Shown: positions 1 to 9,443 of the stretch, piece by piece
Layout: each line of letters starts with the position of its first letter
Position numbering within the stretch: position 1 is the stretch's first letter
Assembly: GCA_964365185.1 (NCBI GenBank)
Contig: CAYIOP010000001.1
Coordinates: forward strand, 180,579 to 244,578
Reading direction: 5' to 3'
Length of the DNA stretch: 64,000 nucleotides
From: an uncultured Candidatus Saccharibacteria bacterium
Lineage (GTDB): Bacteria; Patescibacteriota; Minisyncoccia; UBA6257; 2-01-FULL-56-20
The notes under the pieces: model-generated
What the model was told of the DNA's origin: nothing
Database searches by the model: none
Seen by the model: only the letters and a program-made list of their open reading frames with translations
Translations under genes and position numbers: made by a program

Positions 1-40
1 CTTCTATTTTAGTGATTAAATCTTTTAATTTGTCGTCCAT
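1..40 (-). CDS. rplL: 50S ribosomal protein L7/L12, 5' end only (runs off the window)
   Basis: ATG at 40 reads MDDKLKDLITKIE; directly downstream of rplJ. Confidence 0.75.
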   Translation of the reverse strand, partial: MDDKLKDLITKIE

Positions 41-93
41 TTTAATGGCAAATAGCAAATCGTTTGGCGATTCACACTTTACGATTAGCTTTT

Positions 94-603
94 CTAAGTT
101 GCGACCTTTTTGGATTTCTCTTTCATCAGGTAGAGCAGAGAACTTAGAGGGGCTTGGATCATGCCCAAAAGCTGGGCGAGTAGAACTTCTCTTGGAGGCA
201 GATTACCAATCATCACCACGTGGCCGGATTCGATGAACACTTTGTCGTTTATATGATAGCCGCCCAAAATTTTTTCCGCGGCTTTGATTTCTTCTTTTAA
301 GTCGTTGAAAAATTTTACAACCGGGCCGGCGATTTCTTCGATGTGTTTGTTTGAATAGATGGCGCCGATTGAAAGCTTATGGGCTTTAGGATTAAACTCT
401 ATCCCTTTTTCTTTAAGGAGCAAACCCATGAGACGTTTTTTGATGACCATATAGTCGGCGTCTTGCTCGCGTAAGGCTTTGCGGAGCAGTTTTAATTCAT
501 TCACTTTGATTCGACTAAAGTCGGTCAAAATCAAAGTCCGGCTCTTTTCAAGGAGCTTTTTGGCTTTTTCAAGTTCGGTTTGTTTTTGGGATTTGGATTT
601 CAT
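94..603 (-). CDS. rplJ: 50S ribosomal protein L10
   Basis: KKRL and LPPREVLLAQLLGMIQAP motifs; start taken at MKSKSQK (ORF is open to 618). Confidence 0.93.
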   Translation of the reverse strand: MKSKSQKQTELEKAKKLLEKSRTLILTDFSRIKVNELKLLRKALREQDADYMVIKKRLMGLLLKEKGIEFNPKAHKLSIGAIYSNKHIEEIAGPVVKFFNDLKEEIKAAEKILGGYHINDKVFIESGHVVMIGNLPPREVLLAQLLGMIQAPLSSLLYLMKEKSKKVAT

Positions 604-643
604 TGAAATATGTACCAATATACGAATAATACTGATAATGGTA

Positions 644-665
644 ATCCTTCGACTCCGCTCAGGAT
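644..665. repeat. REP-like short palindrome ATCCTTCGACTCCGCTCAGGAT
   Basis: ATCCT/AGGAT arms; related CTCGACTC...CGCTC sequence at about 6650-6681. Confidence 0.5.
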
Positions 666-694
666 GTTTTATTCTCCGAGAGAATAAAACAAAA

Positions 695-818
695 AACGAC
701 CCTACCTAAGGACCGTTTACGAGGACCACTATTGGCTATTCCCTAGTGGCTAATGGCTTCTGCCATACTCCTCGGCGGGGCTTATTCCTTTTCCTTTGGA
801 TGCCCGTTGTCTTAGGAT
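695..818 (-). promoter_or_regulatory. L10 leader (rplJL autoregulatory RNA)
   Basis: Minus strand CCTAAGAC AACGGGC...AAG CCCCGCCGAGG resembles the L10-leader core; CCTAAG/CTTAGG closing stem (811-816 with 705-710); U-tract; upstream of rplJ. Confidence 0.75.
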
Positions 819-975
819 TGGTTTTAGTATAGCAGGTGGAGAGGGGGTGTCAAGAGTTATTTTTTCTTGTAAAAATTCAACAAAACTGGTAGTTTTATGC
901 ATCAGGCTAGGAGTATTTCTGACCTTGAAATGTCTTGCACTTCGACAATTGAATATGAAAGGAGATAGAAATTCC

Positions 976-1713
976 ATGAAAAATGGATTGTTAAATCTTG
1001 CTATTTGCATATCTGGAGGCGGGACAACAATGCGGGAAATCATGCGAGCGTGCAGAGACCACCGCTTGCTCCATGTCAATCCTGCTCTCGTAATTTCAAG
1101 TAGACCAGATGCCGGTGGAATTGAAAAGGCAAAAGGAGAAGGCATTCTAGAAAAAGATATTGTAGTTCTTGTTCGAAAACAGTTTGAGAACTCCGATGCT
1201 TTTAGTGAAGCTATTCTTAAAGAATGTCGATTTCGCGAAGTGGATTTAATCGCTCAATGCGGTTTTCTTCCACTTATGCCTTCAAATGTGATCGCTACAT
1301 ATCGCTCAAAAATTTTTAATCAACACCCAGGACCTCTTGATCAAAATCGTCTTGGTTTCGGCGGTAAAGGTATGTATGGACAGAGAGTTCATCATGCCGT
1401 AGTTTATTTCTCTAAACGAGTTGGTCGTCCATTCCGAACAGAGGCAACTGTCCATAGGGTGACTGATGAGGTGGATGGCGGCGCTATTCTTGGTATTCGA
1501 CCGGTTGAGATAACGGACGGAGATAACGCCCAAAAACTCGCGGCGCGAGTTTTGCCATACGAACATGGTCTTGTTATTGAGACGATATTACAATTCTCGG
1601 AGTTTGGTGGGCCTCACGAAATACACCGTGAGAGTCCGCTTATTAAGGAGGGCGAAGAGTCCTTGCTAAATGAAGCAAAAAAATCTGGAATCGAAACTTT
1701 TCCGAATGGATGA
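976..1713 (+). CDS. purN: Phosphoribosylglycinamide formyltransferase
   Basis: ISGGGT, NQHPGPL and TVHRVTDEVDGG motifs; GGAG SD before ATG 976. Confidence 0.9.
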   Translation: MKNGLLNLAICISGGGTTMREIMRACRDHRLLHVNPALVISSRPDAGGIEKAKGEGILEKDIVVLVRKQFENSDAFSEAILKECRFREVDLIAQCGFLPLMPSNVIATYRSKIFNQHPGPLDQNRLGFGGKGMYGQRVHHAVVYFSKRVGRPFRTEATVHRVTDEVDGGAILGIRPVEITDGDNAQKLAARVLPYEHGLVIETILQFSEFGGPHEIHRESPLIKEGEESLLNEAKKSGIETFPNG

Positions 1714-1751
1714 ATCATGAAAGCGAATCCGCGTTATTTTTTAAAAAAATC

Positions 1752-1784
1752 GGCCCCACATCCTCTATGGATGGGGGCCTTTTT
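1752..1784. terminator. Bidirectional intrinsic terminator between convergent purN and purL
   Basis: GGCCCC-CATCC...GGATG-GGGGCC stem with a T-run on the right and an A-run on the left. Confidence 0.7.
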
Positions 1785-1798
1785 GTTGTTGAATTTAA

Positions 1799-4700
1799 CT
1801 AATGTTCCAGGCACCACTTTTTGGCGTTTTGGAACATTCGTAACCAAGGAGAAACAGTGAGATTCTTTCTAAAATCTTCTGGCATCCATGGCCACTGCCA
1901 CAAAAGAAAGCAACGTTCGGGATGAGGCATCATTGCAAGATGGCGACCGTCTGGAGAGCAAAGAGCAGTTAATCCAAGCTGCGAACCATTAGGATTATAT
2001 GGATACTCTTCAGTGGGAACTCCTTCGGGATCGACATACATAAGGGGAGCAAGCGACTCGCGTTTAATTATTTCGACTAGCGAAGGATCTGGAAAGAATA
2101 ATCTCCCCTCGCCGTGAGCAACCCAAATCCCAAGCACTGAACCCTTCATGCCGCTGAAAAATATCGATGGGCTTTCAGTAACTTGTACTTCTGCCCAGCG
2201 AGATTCAAAGCGACACGAAAAATTACGAACGAAACGGGGCTGCTTAATCTCAGAGAGGCCTCGCCACGGTACCCAACCCAAAAGTGCCATCAGTTGACAT
2301 CCATTACAGACGCCGAGTGAAAAAGTGTCTAATCGATTATAAAATCGATCGAACATCTCTTGGAGTTCTGGATTAAACCGAATTACACCACCCCAACCCT
2401 TACCGCTGTCGAAGACATCCATAAATGAGAATCCTCCGGGAAAAACTAGACCCCGAAATTCATCTAGAGTTGATCTTTTAGAAAGAAGATCGCTCATAGT
2501 GATATCCCAGGGCTCAAAACCAGCAGTAAAAAATGCCACCGCCATTTCTCTATCGCCGTTTGTGCCTTCTTCGCGAAGAATCGCCACGCGGGGGCGAATC
2601 GACGAGAAAGAAACATTCGGCGTATCCGTTGATGGATAAAATGATAAATGGTACTTTGGATTTTTGAGTTGGTTGTGCGTTTTAACCTCGGATTCCGTTG
2701 TTGAAGTACTTGTTTGGAGAAGTTCTAGTCGAGAACTGGTTTCTTCCCACCATGATCTAAGCTGTTTGAGTGGTTTTGAGAAAAAGATTCCTTCTTGCGC
2801 TCTCCATCGCACAACGAATGACTGGACAGTCATAGTGGTTCCGAGACACTGAAATGGAACATGGTAAAGACTAAGGATAGCATTTATCACGGCTTCTTTT
2901 TCCGGCAAATATTCAAACACAAAACCAAGTTCTTCAGAGAAGAGTTCGGCAAAGACATCTGAATTTTTGCTAATGGAGATGTTGGCTCCGCAATTAGCGG
3001 CTAAACACATCTCGATTACGCTAGTGATAAGTCCACCATCGCTGCGGTCATGAAGCGCGGTAATATAATTGCCATCAATTAGTTCTTGAACTGCTCTAAA
3101 AGCACTTCCAAGAAAGGAGGGATTGTCCACATCAGGAGATTCATTTCCAACTTGACCGTATGCTTGGGCTAGACTTGAACCACCGAGACGATTCTTACCG
3201 CTACCAAGATCAATGAAACCAATTAAGCTGTCGCCGGCTCGTTTGAAATCCGGGGTCATGACTTTTGTGATATTCGGCACAGGAGCGTACCCCAAAATTA
3301 CAAGTTCGCCAGGAGATTTTACAATCGTTCCATTTACGGTTGCTGCCATAGAAAGGCTGTCTTTTCCTCCATCGGCGGCAATACCGAGCGCGATCATAAA
3401 ATCACGCAGAGCAGTGGCGGCGTCGTAGAGTAAAGCGCCTTCTCCAGATAACTTTGCTGGCCACATCCAGTTCACTCGGCAACGAACATCTTTGAGTTCA
3501 CTAATTTTGGCTGACGCTAAATTAGTAAGCATTTCGCCGACTGCCATACGAGCACCGGCTGCTGGATTTAAAAGCATTTTAATTGGTTGTTCACCAATTG
3601 CCGTTGCTGCTCCGGTTGTGCCGAAATAACCGTCGGCAGTAACTGAAACATCGGCCACTGGTATCTGCGCTGGTCCGCAGCACTGCTGACGAGCAACAAG
3701 ACCAGTAACACTTCGATCAACTTTGTGAACAAGAAATCCCTTTGAGCCAACCTGTGGAAGACGGAATACGTTGCGAAGCGCATCTTCGATTTTCAGATCT
3801 GGTGGTAATGAGAGCGAACTAAATTGTCGTGACTGTCGCTCTAACTCAAAAGTTTTTTGAGGTATCCCTGTTAGGATATCCTCAAGATTAAGGCAGACAG
3901 GAGTTGCTCCGTCTTGTGAGTCGATGACGGTGATGTGTCCGTCGCCAGTGATATCACCTACGACTTCGCAATTCACGCGTTCGCGCTCACAGATTGTTTT
4001 AAACTCTTCAAGCCGTGTTGGTTGAATGAGAAGACCATACCCTTCTTGATATTCAGCGCTCCAAATTTCAAGAACAGACAAAGTTCTGTCGCCAAGGATG
4101 ATTTTGCGAATATCAATCCTTCCACCGGCTGGTTCTAGTAATTCCGTGAGGACATTACTTGGACCTCCGGCGCCTTGATCGTGAATACTTTCAATTGGAT
4201 TTTTATCTCCCCTTTCGATGCATGCTCGGATAACACGGTTAGCTCGATTTTCCATTTCGGCATTGCCTCTTTGAACCGAATTGAAATCAAGATCTGCGGT
4301 GTTTTCGCCTTGCATCATACTTGAAGCACTGCCACCCCCAATTCCAATTCTATAAGCTGGCCCGCCGATACGGATAATAAGCATTCCTGTTTCCGGTCGA
4401 TTCTTTTCAGAATGAATCGCTTGGATGCGACCCACGCCGCCAGTGTAGAGAACTGGTTTACGGAATTCTCGCCGTTCGCCGTTTACAACTTGACCGAAGG
4501 TTCGTGTAAAACCGCCAATGAGCGGTTCGCCGAATCGGTTGCCGTAGTCGGAGATTCCATTACTCCCTTCTATAAGAATCTGGGCTGGTGACGCGTATTG
4601 CTGCGTCTCTTCGCCGCCGATATTCTCACCCGGGATTTGATAATCAGGAAAAAACAGATTACCAACACAGTAACCGGCTAATCCAGCGAATGGCAGAGCA

Positions 4701-5614
4701 CCACGACCTGGAGCAGAATTATCTCTAATTCTTCCTCCAGAACCAGTTTCTGCGCCAGGATAAGGAGCAACTAATGTTGGATGATTGTGCGTTTCAGCTG
4801 TACAGGCGATGTGCCAAAATCCTTTCTGTTGAATAAGTCGGGCGGGATAACCGGGACTTTCCGCTATAAAAGCGGTGATGTTATGTCCACGAATTACTCC
4901 GGCGTTATCGCGAAAGGCAAGTACGCTGTTTGAATCGTTAAGAACTTTAAGAGGTGTTCTAACAATATCAAAAAGCGAGTGCGGCATTTCTGACCCATCG
5001 ATGACAAGTTTGCCTTTGAAAAACCAGTGTCGACTATGTTCGCTGTTGGCATTGCCAATTTGGAAAATCTCAACGTCAGTGGGATTTTTCTTTCGACGAA
5101 GAAAAATGCGGGTGTAGTGATCAATATCCCAGCTATCCATTCCTAAACCAAGATCAATGTTGAGATCTCGAAGCGCATCTGCGCCACGCTCGAGTATTGG
5201 AATGACTCGCATTGATTTAGGTGTAATGGTTTGAGTAAATGTTGAAATTGACTCTAAATAAACAACTTGAGTCATTCGATCTAAGTGAGAAGCAATAATA
5301 ATTTCTTCAGTTATCAAATTTGATAACTGATAGCGCAGCGACCGTTCAATTCTTGTGACCTTGGTAAGTCCCATAGATTGACAGATCGCAACAGCATTAG
5401 ATGAAAAAGGAGTTTCAACACTTAGTCGTGGTCCAATCTCCAGAATGCGGCCTTTCTCAAAGAATGGCTTGAACCTAGTTTTTTCTGGCTCAAATGTTTC
5501 GGCTATCAGCCATCTGATGCGTTCTGTTTCTTGTTCGGTGAGTGGCGCCGAGGTTTCGATATAGAGACATTGCTCGATTGCGCTATCCACCTCTCGGTAG
5601 ATTTTTATAAGCAT
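1799..5614 (-). CDS. purL: Large single-chain phosphoribosylformylglycinamidine synthase (PurS/L/Q fused)
   Basis: 1271 aa; NSEHSRH, ETHNHP, DQGAGG, DGGKDSLSM, GVCNGCQ, MMPHPER. Confidence 0.97.
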   Translation of the reverse strand: MLIKIYREVDSAIEQCLYIETSAPLTEQETERIRWLIAETFEPEKTRFKPFFEKGRILEIGPRLSVETPFSSNAVAICQSMGLTKVTRIERSLRYQLSNLITEEIIIASHLDRMTQVVYLESISTFTQTITPKSMRVIPILERGADALRDLNIDLGLGMDSWDIDHYTRIFLRRKKNPTDVEIFQIGNANSEHSRHWFFKGKLVIDGSEMPHSLFDIVRTPLKVLNDSNSVLAFRDNAGVIRGHNITAFIAESPGYPARLIQQKGFWHIACTAETHNHPTLVAPYPGAETGSGGRIRDNSAPGRGALPFAGLAGYCVGNLFFPDYQIPGENIGGEETQQYASPAQILIEGSNGISDYGNRFGEPLIGGFTRTFGQVVNGERREFRKPVLYTGGVGRIQAIHSEKNRPETGMLIIRIGGPAYRIGIGGGSASSMMQGENTADLDFNSVQRGNAEMENRANRVIRACIERGDKNPIESIHDQGAGGPSNVLTELLEPAGGRIDIRKIILGDRTLSVLEIWSAEYQEGYGLLIQPTRLEEFKTICERERVNCEVVGDITGDGHITVIDSQDGATPVCLNLEDILTGIPQKTFELERQSRQFSSLSLPPDLKIEDALRNVFRLPQVGSKGFLVHKVDRSVTGLVARQQCCGPAQIPVADVSVTADGYFGTTGAATAIGEQPIKMLLNPAAGARMAVGEMLTNLASAKISELKDVRCRVNWMWPAKLSGEGALLYDAATALRDFMIALGIAADGGKDSLSMAATVNGTIVKSPGELVILGYAPVPNITKVMTPDFKRAGDSLIGFIDLGSGKNRLGGSSLAQAYGQVGNESPDVDNPSFLGSAFRAVQELIDGNYITALHDRSDGGLITSVIEMCLAANCGANISISKNSDVFAELFSEELGFVFEYLPEKEAVINAILSLYHVPFQCLGTTMTVQSFVVRWRAQEGIFFSKPLKQLRSWWEETSSRLELLQTSTSTTESEVKTHNQLKNPKYHLSFYPSTDTPNVSFSSIRPRVAILREEGTNGDREMAVAFFTAGFEPWDITMSDLLSKRSTLDEFRGLVFPGGFSFMDVFDSGKGWGGVIRFNPELQEMFDRFYNRLDTFSLGVCNGCQLMALLGWVPWRGLSEIKQPRFVRNFSCRFESRWAEVQVTESPSIFFSGMKGSVLGIWVAHGEGRLFFPDPSLVEIIKRESLAPLMYVDPEGVPTEEYPYNPNGSQLGLTALCSPDGRHLAMMPHPERCFLLWQWPWMPEDFRKNLTVSPWLRMFQNAKKWCLEH

Positions 5615-5756
5615 AACGGCCTTCCTTTCGTCCGTTTATTTATTGTTTTCAAGTTACATAATAACAAAGAGCTAAAGTTCTAGGTGCATCCTATCAATAA
5701 AGGCAGAAGATGTAAAATTAGGGTTCTTGAAGAAAGATTCTTTTTTGATTCGATAT

Positions 5757-5795
5757 AAAAAAACAGAGTGGCACTAATTTTTAGCGCTCACTCTG
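5757..5795 (-). terminator. Intrinsic terminator after pgpA
   Basis: CAGAGTG...CACTCTG stem with adjacent A7 (U7 on minus). Confidence 0.6.
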
Positions 5796-5796
5796 C

Positions 5797-6321
5797 TTAT
5801 GGGTTGGATAATACGAGAAAGATGGACAGGCATATGGCCGCGTAGACGCCAGCAATGAAATCGTCCAGCAAAACTCCGTGGGCGTTTTTCATTCTATCAA
5901 AGAAACGTGTTGGGGGAATTTTGATAATATCAAAGAAGCGAAACAGAACGAAGATGAGCGGTATAACTTTCCAGTTATAATCTACCTTAAAGATGATTAG
6001 TGGAAGACAGGATACTAGCATGCCCAACACTTCGTCGATGACAATTTGGTTTTGATCTTTTGTTTTGGCTTGACCTCGCCAATCAATTCTTGTCCCTAGT
6101 TCTTTCTCTGTTATTGGTATACTCCAAAGCCCTATAAGGTAGATCAAAATCAGAATGACAAAAAAATAGAGGATGCTGCTGTGGGAGAAAAATAACGCAA
6201 GAAGACAAAACGGAATGCTGAAAAAACTTCCGTAGGTTCCTGCCATGCTTTGTAGTCCAATAGGCCGTATTAAACCAGAGTAAAACCAGGTCGCGATTAA
6301 AACTGCTGTTCTATTTTTCAA
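5797..6321 (-). CDS. pgpA: Phosphatidylglycerophosphatase A
   Basis: GTYGS, IVIDEVLGM, FRFFDIIK and GVLLDDFIAG; GGAGG SD with TTG start. Confidence 0.9.
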   Translation of the reverse strand: MKNRTAVLIATWFYSGLIRPIGLQSMAGTYGSFFSIPFCLLALFFSHSSILYFFVILILIYLIGLWSIPITEKELGTRIDWRGQAKTKDQNQIVIDEVLGMLVSCLPLIIFKVDYNWKVIPLIFVLFRFFDIIKIPPTRFFDRMKNAHGVLLDDFIAGVYAAICLSIFLVLSNP

Positions 6322-6397
6322 AGAGCACCTCCAAAGTTATTAAGAACTGCTAGTAAGGTATCTTAGGAAATTTGAAATGTCAAAGAAGAGGGTTGGG

Positions 6398-6468
6398 CGG
6401 GTCCGGCAGGAGTCGAACCTGCAGTTCTGGTTTTGGAGACCAGTGGTTTGCCATTAACCGACGGACCC
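6398..6468 (-). tRNA. tRNA-Trp(CCA)
   Basis: GGGTCCG acceptor, CTGGT-CTCCAAA-ACCAG anticodon arm, TTCGA T-loop. Confidence 0.95.
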
Positions 6469-6515
6469 GTTTTGGAGACCCGCCATAGGCGGGCAGGCCT
6501 CGCTAATTATCACTT

Positions 6516-6545
6516 TCCTCCGGAGGAGGATCCGCCTTTGGCGGA
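6516..6545. repeat. 30-bp double-hairpin element, copy 1
   Basis: TCCTCCGGAGGAGGATCCGCCTTTGGCGGA. Confidence 0.85.
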
Positions 6546-6606
6546 AACTAAGCTCCCCTATCCATGCGCATGTAACATGTATCACGCAACATGTAACAAG
6601 AGAATT

Positions 6607-6650
6607 TTACTATTTTCTGCTCTCCTTATGTAGGGTGTGTTTTCTACACC
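6607..6650 (-). pseudogene. Diverged duplicate of the rpmG 3' end ([12 protein letters not shown])
   Basis: Minus strand TGT AGA AAA CAC ACC CTA CAT AAG GAG AGC AGA AAA TAG versus rpmG TGC CGC AAG CAT ACC CTA CAT AAG GAA AGT AAA AAG TAG. Confidence 0.75.
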
Positions 6651-6713
6651 CCCTCGACTCATTTCATTCGCTCGGGGCAAGCAATAGTTTACCCAGAGAT
6701 TGAAGTTGTATTT

Positions 6714-6881
6714 CTACTTTTTACTTTCCTTATGTAGGGTATGCTTGCGGCACCAGCTACAATACTTTTTGAGTTCTATTTTTTTCTCAACTTTCTTTTT
6801 GTTTTTATCGGCATAAATAGCCCGTTTGCACGTGGCGCATCTTAAACGTATTAATCTTTCGGCGCGTTTGATTTTGGCCAT
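6714..6881 (-). CDS. rpmG: 50S ribosomal protein L33 (55 aa, two CxxC; not in ORF track)
   Basis: Hand translation [20 protein letters not shown]...[21 protein letters not shown]. Confidence 0.93.
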   Translation of the reverse strand: MAKIKRAERLIRLRCATCKRAIYADKNKKKVEKKIELKKYCSWCRKHTLHKESKK

Positions 6882-7023
6882 GGTAAATCATGAAACATGT
6901 AGCATGTAACATGTAGCCAATATAGTAATCCAAAAATCGAAAGGAGTCAATTTGGGGGTTAAATTCTGTGTTTCTTTATTTGCCTCTGCTGTCTAAATAC
7001 TGTAAATTGAATATTGCCCAAAA

Positions 7024-7095
7024 GCCGTTGTAGTTCAGTGGCAGAACGTTTTCTTGGTAAGAAAAAGGTCGGGAGTTCGATTCTCCCCAACGGCT
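7024..7095 (+). tRNA. tRNA-Thr(GGT)
   Basis: GCCGTTG/CAACGGC acceptor, TTTTC-TTGGTAA-GAAAA anticodon arm. Confidence 0.95.
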
Positions 7096-7151
7096 CAAAA
7101 GTGCTTGCAAATAAAAACCCCGGCACCTTGGTTGGTGACGGGGGTTGGGGT

Positions 7152-8513
7152 TTAACTGTTTGAATCCGCAGGTTTGGCAGAATTCTTAAAGATATATTCG
7201 ATTCCTTCTTTGATGTAGGTAATGGGATCGAAACATTTTTTTAAGGCATCCGCGCCAAGAATATCGAGGGCAGTTGCGGATTTTGTTTCGGAAATTGATT
7301 CACTGCAAAGTGAGCGGAAGAGATCGCCGTCATTGTTCTCGCTAACTTTAAATGAAAGGCGTTGGAGATAGATGTAGGCATCGTCGTAACTTATTCCGGC
7401 ACCCATCAGGGCGTTACGAACTTTCTGACTAGCCCAGGTGCCGTGAGTGGCTCCCAGGTTTTGTTTCATCCTTTCTGGAAAAACCTCGAGATTCTGAACT
7501 AGCCACTTCATTTTGTTTGCCATGTAGTGGACTAGGCCAGTGGCAGTCGGAAACCCTTCTCTTTCAACGTTGGATTGGGAAATGTCTCGGCATTCTGGAG
7601 TAGCAATGTTTTCGAAGGCAGCACCAGTATGACCTCTTACTTCTATCGCCATACCCATCAGCCGTTCAGTTAAAATAGGATTACGTTTGTGGGCCATAGC
7701 AGAAGAGCCGCGCTGTCTTGGACTTCTGGGCTCTCTGAGTTCGCCGACATCGCTTCTCATCATTTCCCAAAAAGTTCTGGCAATTTGTTCAATACTGGCG
7801 GCAGCAATGGCTAACACGCTCATTAAAGCGGCGTGTCGATCGCGCTGAAGGATCTGGGTTTCGGCGGGAGCTTGTTTAAGTCCAAGGATTGCCAAAGCGT
7901 CATCCCCTATGCGGGGATCCATACCGGCGAAATTACCGACGGCTCCGGAGATTTTAGCTTCGCCTAACTCTTCGATCATGATCCGATCTACTCGATTTAT
8001 ACTCCTTTTAATAGATTCAGAGAAAACAAGCAGGAGATGACCGAAGGTGTCGGGTTCGGCGAACTGGCCGTGGGTGCGAGCAATCATCAAGGTCCATTGA
8101 TGTTCGACGGCTTTTTGTCGCAGAGCTTGATAGAGTTCGAATAAACTCTGACGAATTAAAGCCATAGCTTCGCGGAGCATGAGCACAAGGGCCGGATCTT
8201 CGATATCAAAGGAAGTAAGATATCTATGAAATTCTTCTTTGCAGTGACCCCATCCATTCGCCACTAGATATTCTTGAACCGAAACAACGAAGGCAATGAA
8301 GTCGTGATTATATTCGGCCTCAAGCTCATCGATCCGATCGGGATTGATGACTATGCCGGAACTGATGATATCTTGATAAATACCTCTATCAAGATTGCCG
8401 GCTTTAAAACGCGCTTCGAGATAGGCCTTTTCAACTTCAAGCCAATACTCGAATTTAGTTTTGAGATCCAGCCAGAGCTTTTTCATATCTGGCAGAGTGT
8501 AACGTTTCAGCAT
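7152..8513 (-). CDS. purB: Adenylosuccinate lyase
   Basis: RTHGQFAEP, ISGAVG and SSAMAHKRNP signature; GGAGG SD. Confidence 0.95.
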   Translation of the reverse strand: MLKRYTLPDMKKLWLDLKTKFEYWLEVEKAYLEARFKAGNLDRGIYQDIISSGIVINPDRIDELEAEYNHDFIAFVVSVQEYLVANGWGHCKEEFHRYLTSFDIEDPALVLMLREAMALIRQSLFELYQALRQKAVEHQWTLMIARTHGQFAEPDTFGHLLLVFSESIKRSINRVDRIMIEELGEAKISGAVGNFAGMDPRIGDDALAILGLKQAPAETQILQRDRHAALMSVLAIAAASIEQIARTFWEMMRSDVGELREPRSPRQRGSSAMAHKRNPILTERLMGMAIEVRGHTGAAFENIATPECRDISQSNVEREGFPTATGLVHYMANKMKWLVQNLEVFPERMKQNLGATHGTWASQKVRNALMGAGISYDDAYIYLQRLSFKVSENNDGDLFRSLCSESISETKSATALDILGADALKKCFDPITYIKEGIEYIFKNSAKPADSNS

Positions 8514-8614
8514 AAAATACCTCCTGCTGAAGTTAGGGTTGCATTTCGTTTATGGTTTACAAGTTACCGAGAGATATAGTAATCCTGTGAATAATTTTTG
8601 TCCAGTTTCTAATG

Positions 8615-8686
8615 AGCCAGCGGTCGGATTTGAACCGACGACCTACTGTTTACAAAACAGTTGCTCTGCCACTGAGCTACGCTGGC
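8615..8686 (-). tRNA. tRNA-Thr(TGT)
   Basis: GCCAGCG acceptor, CTGT-TTTGTAA-ACAG anticodon arm, TTCAAAT T-loop. Confidence 0.95.
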
Positions 8687-8790
8687 GATAAACGACTATA
8701 TTAATGAGATTAGCGAAAAAATGTAAATAAATCAAAAGCCCGTCTTATTACGACGAGCTTTGAAAATGTTTTCGGATGACAAGATGACAA

Positions 8791-9336
8791 TTAGTTGAAA
8801 GTAATTTCTGGGCAAATTTTTTTCCAGAATGCGACGATCGCCTTTCCTAGGAATCTGGGGATGTCGGATTTGATGATGCGGCGCATGACAAAAAATAGAA
8901 TAATCCCGAATAGGAGAATTAATAACCACTCTCCCAGGTCATTCCGAACAATATGAACTGCATTATCAGAACCGGGAATGATAATATGTTTAACCAGCCC
9001 ATAAATCAGTAGAGATACCGCAGCAAATATGAGTGCGATAAATAACCCGGTTATGACGATTTCGTGATATCTTTCACTCCAAATTTTGAAAGGCCAGCAA
9101 AATTGCTCTTGGCCAAATCGATCTACCTTCGCAAATTGAAGCGATGGCCGTCCGCCGAAAATAAGCACCAGCCAACCAAGGATTAGCCAGGCCAGAAATA
9201 TTCCAGGTCAAACAATGAAAAAAGCGAAGATGAATCTTGGCAGCAATCCACAGAGATGGAATTTCTGTTGGTAAAAGGGAAGGTTTGAATAACGAAAGCA
9301 AATTTTCGCAACCCACCCGTCTTTCCTGAGTGTCAT
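8791..9336 (-). pseudogene. Hypothetical membrane protein interrupted by one in-frame TGA (9208-9210)
   Basis: GGAGG SD plus ATG at 9336 in frame with ORF 8791..9168; reads FAFFIV*PGIFLAWLILGW. Confidence 0.6.
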
Positions 9337-9443
9337 AAAACCTCCGATAAATTGTTAAGTTGCTTGGGGTAAAAATAGCAGTTTTAGCTAATAAAATCAA
9401 GGGTTTTGAGGCGCTAAAATATAGGTTATAATAGACCTATCTT

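Noticed and set aside
796-975. N-terminal extension of purN in the ORF track
   Set aside because: Overlaps the rplJ promoter and leader region; SD and homology point to ATG 976
6433-6633. 66-aa ORF containing PPEEDPPLAE
   Set aside because: Spurious reading through antisense tRNA-Trp and repeats; same for 27181..27375 and 33149..33436
9208-9210. TGA recoding (code 25 or 4) or selenocysteine
   Set aside because: TGA ends purN, recG and rnc normally, long genes contain no in-frame TGA, and no SECIS-like hairpin or redox context was seen
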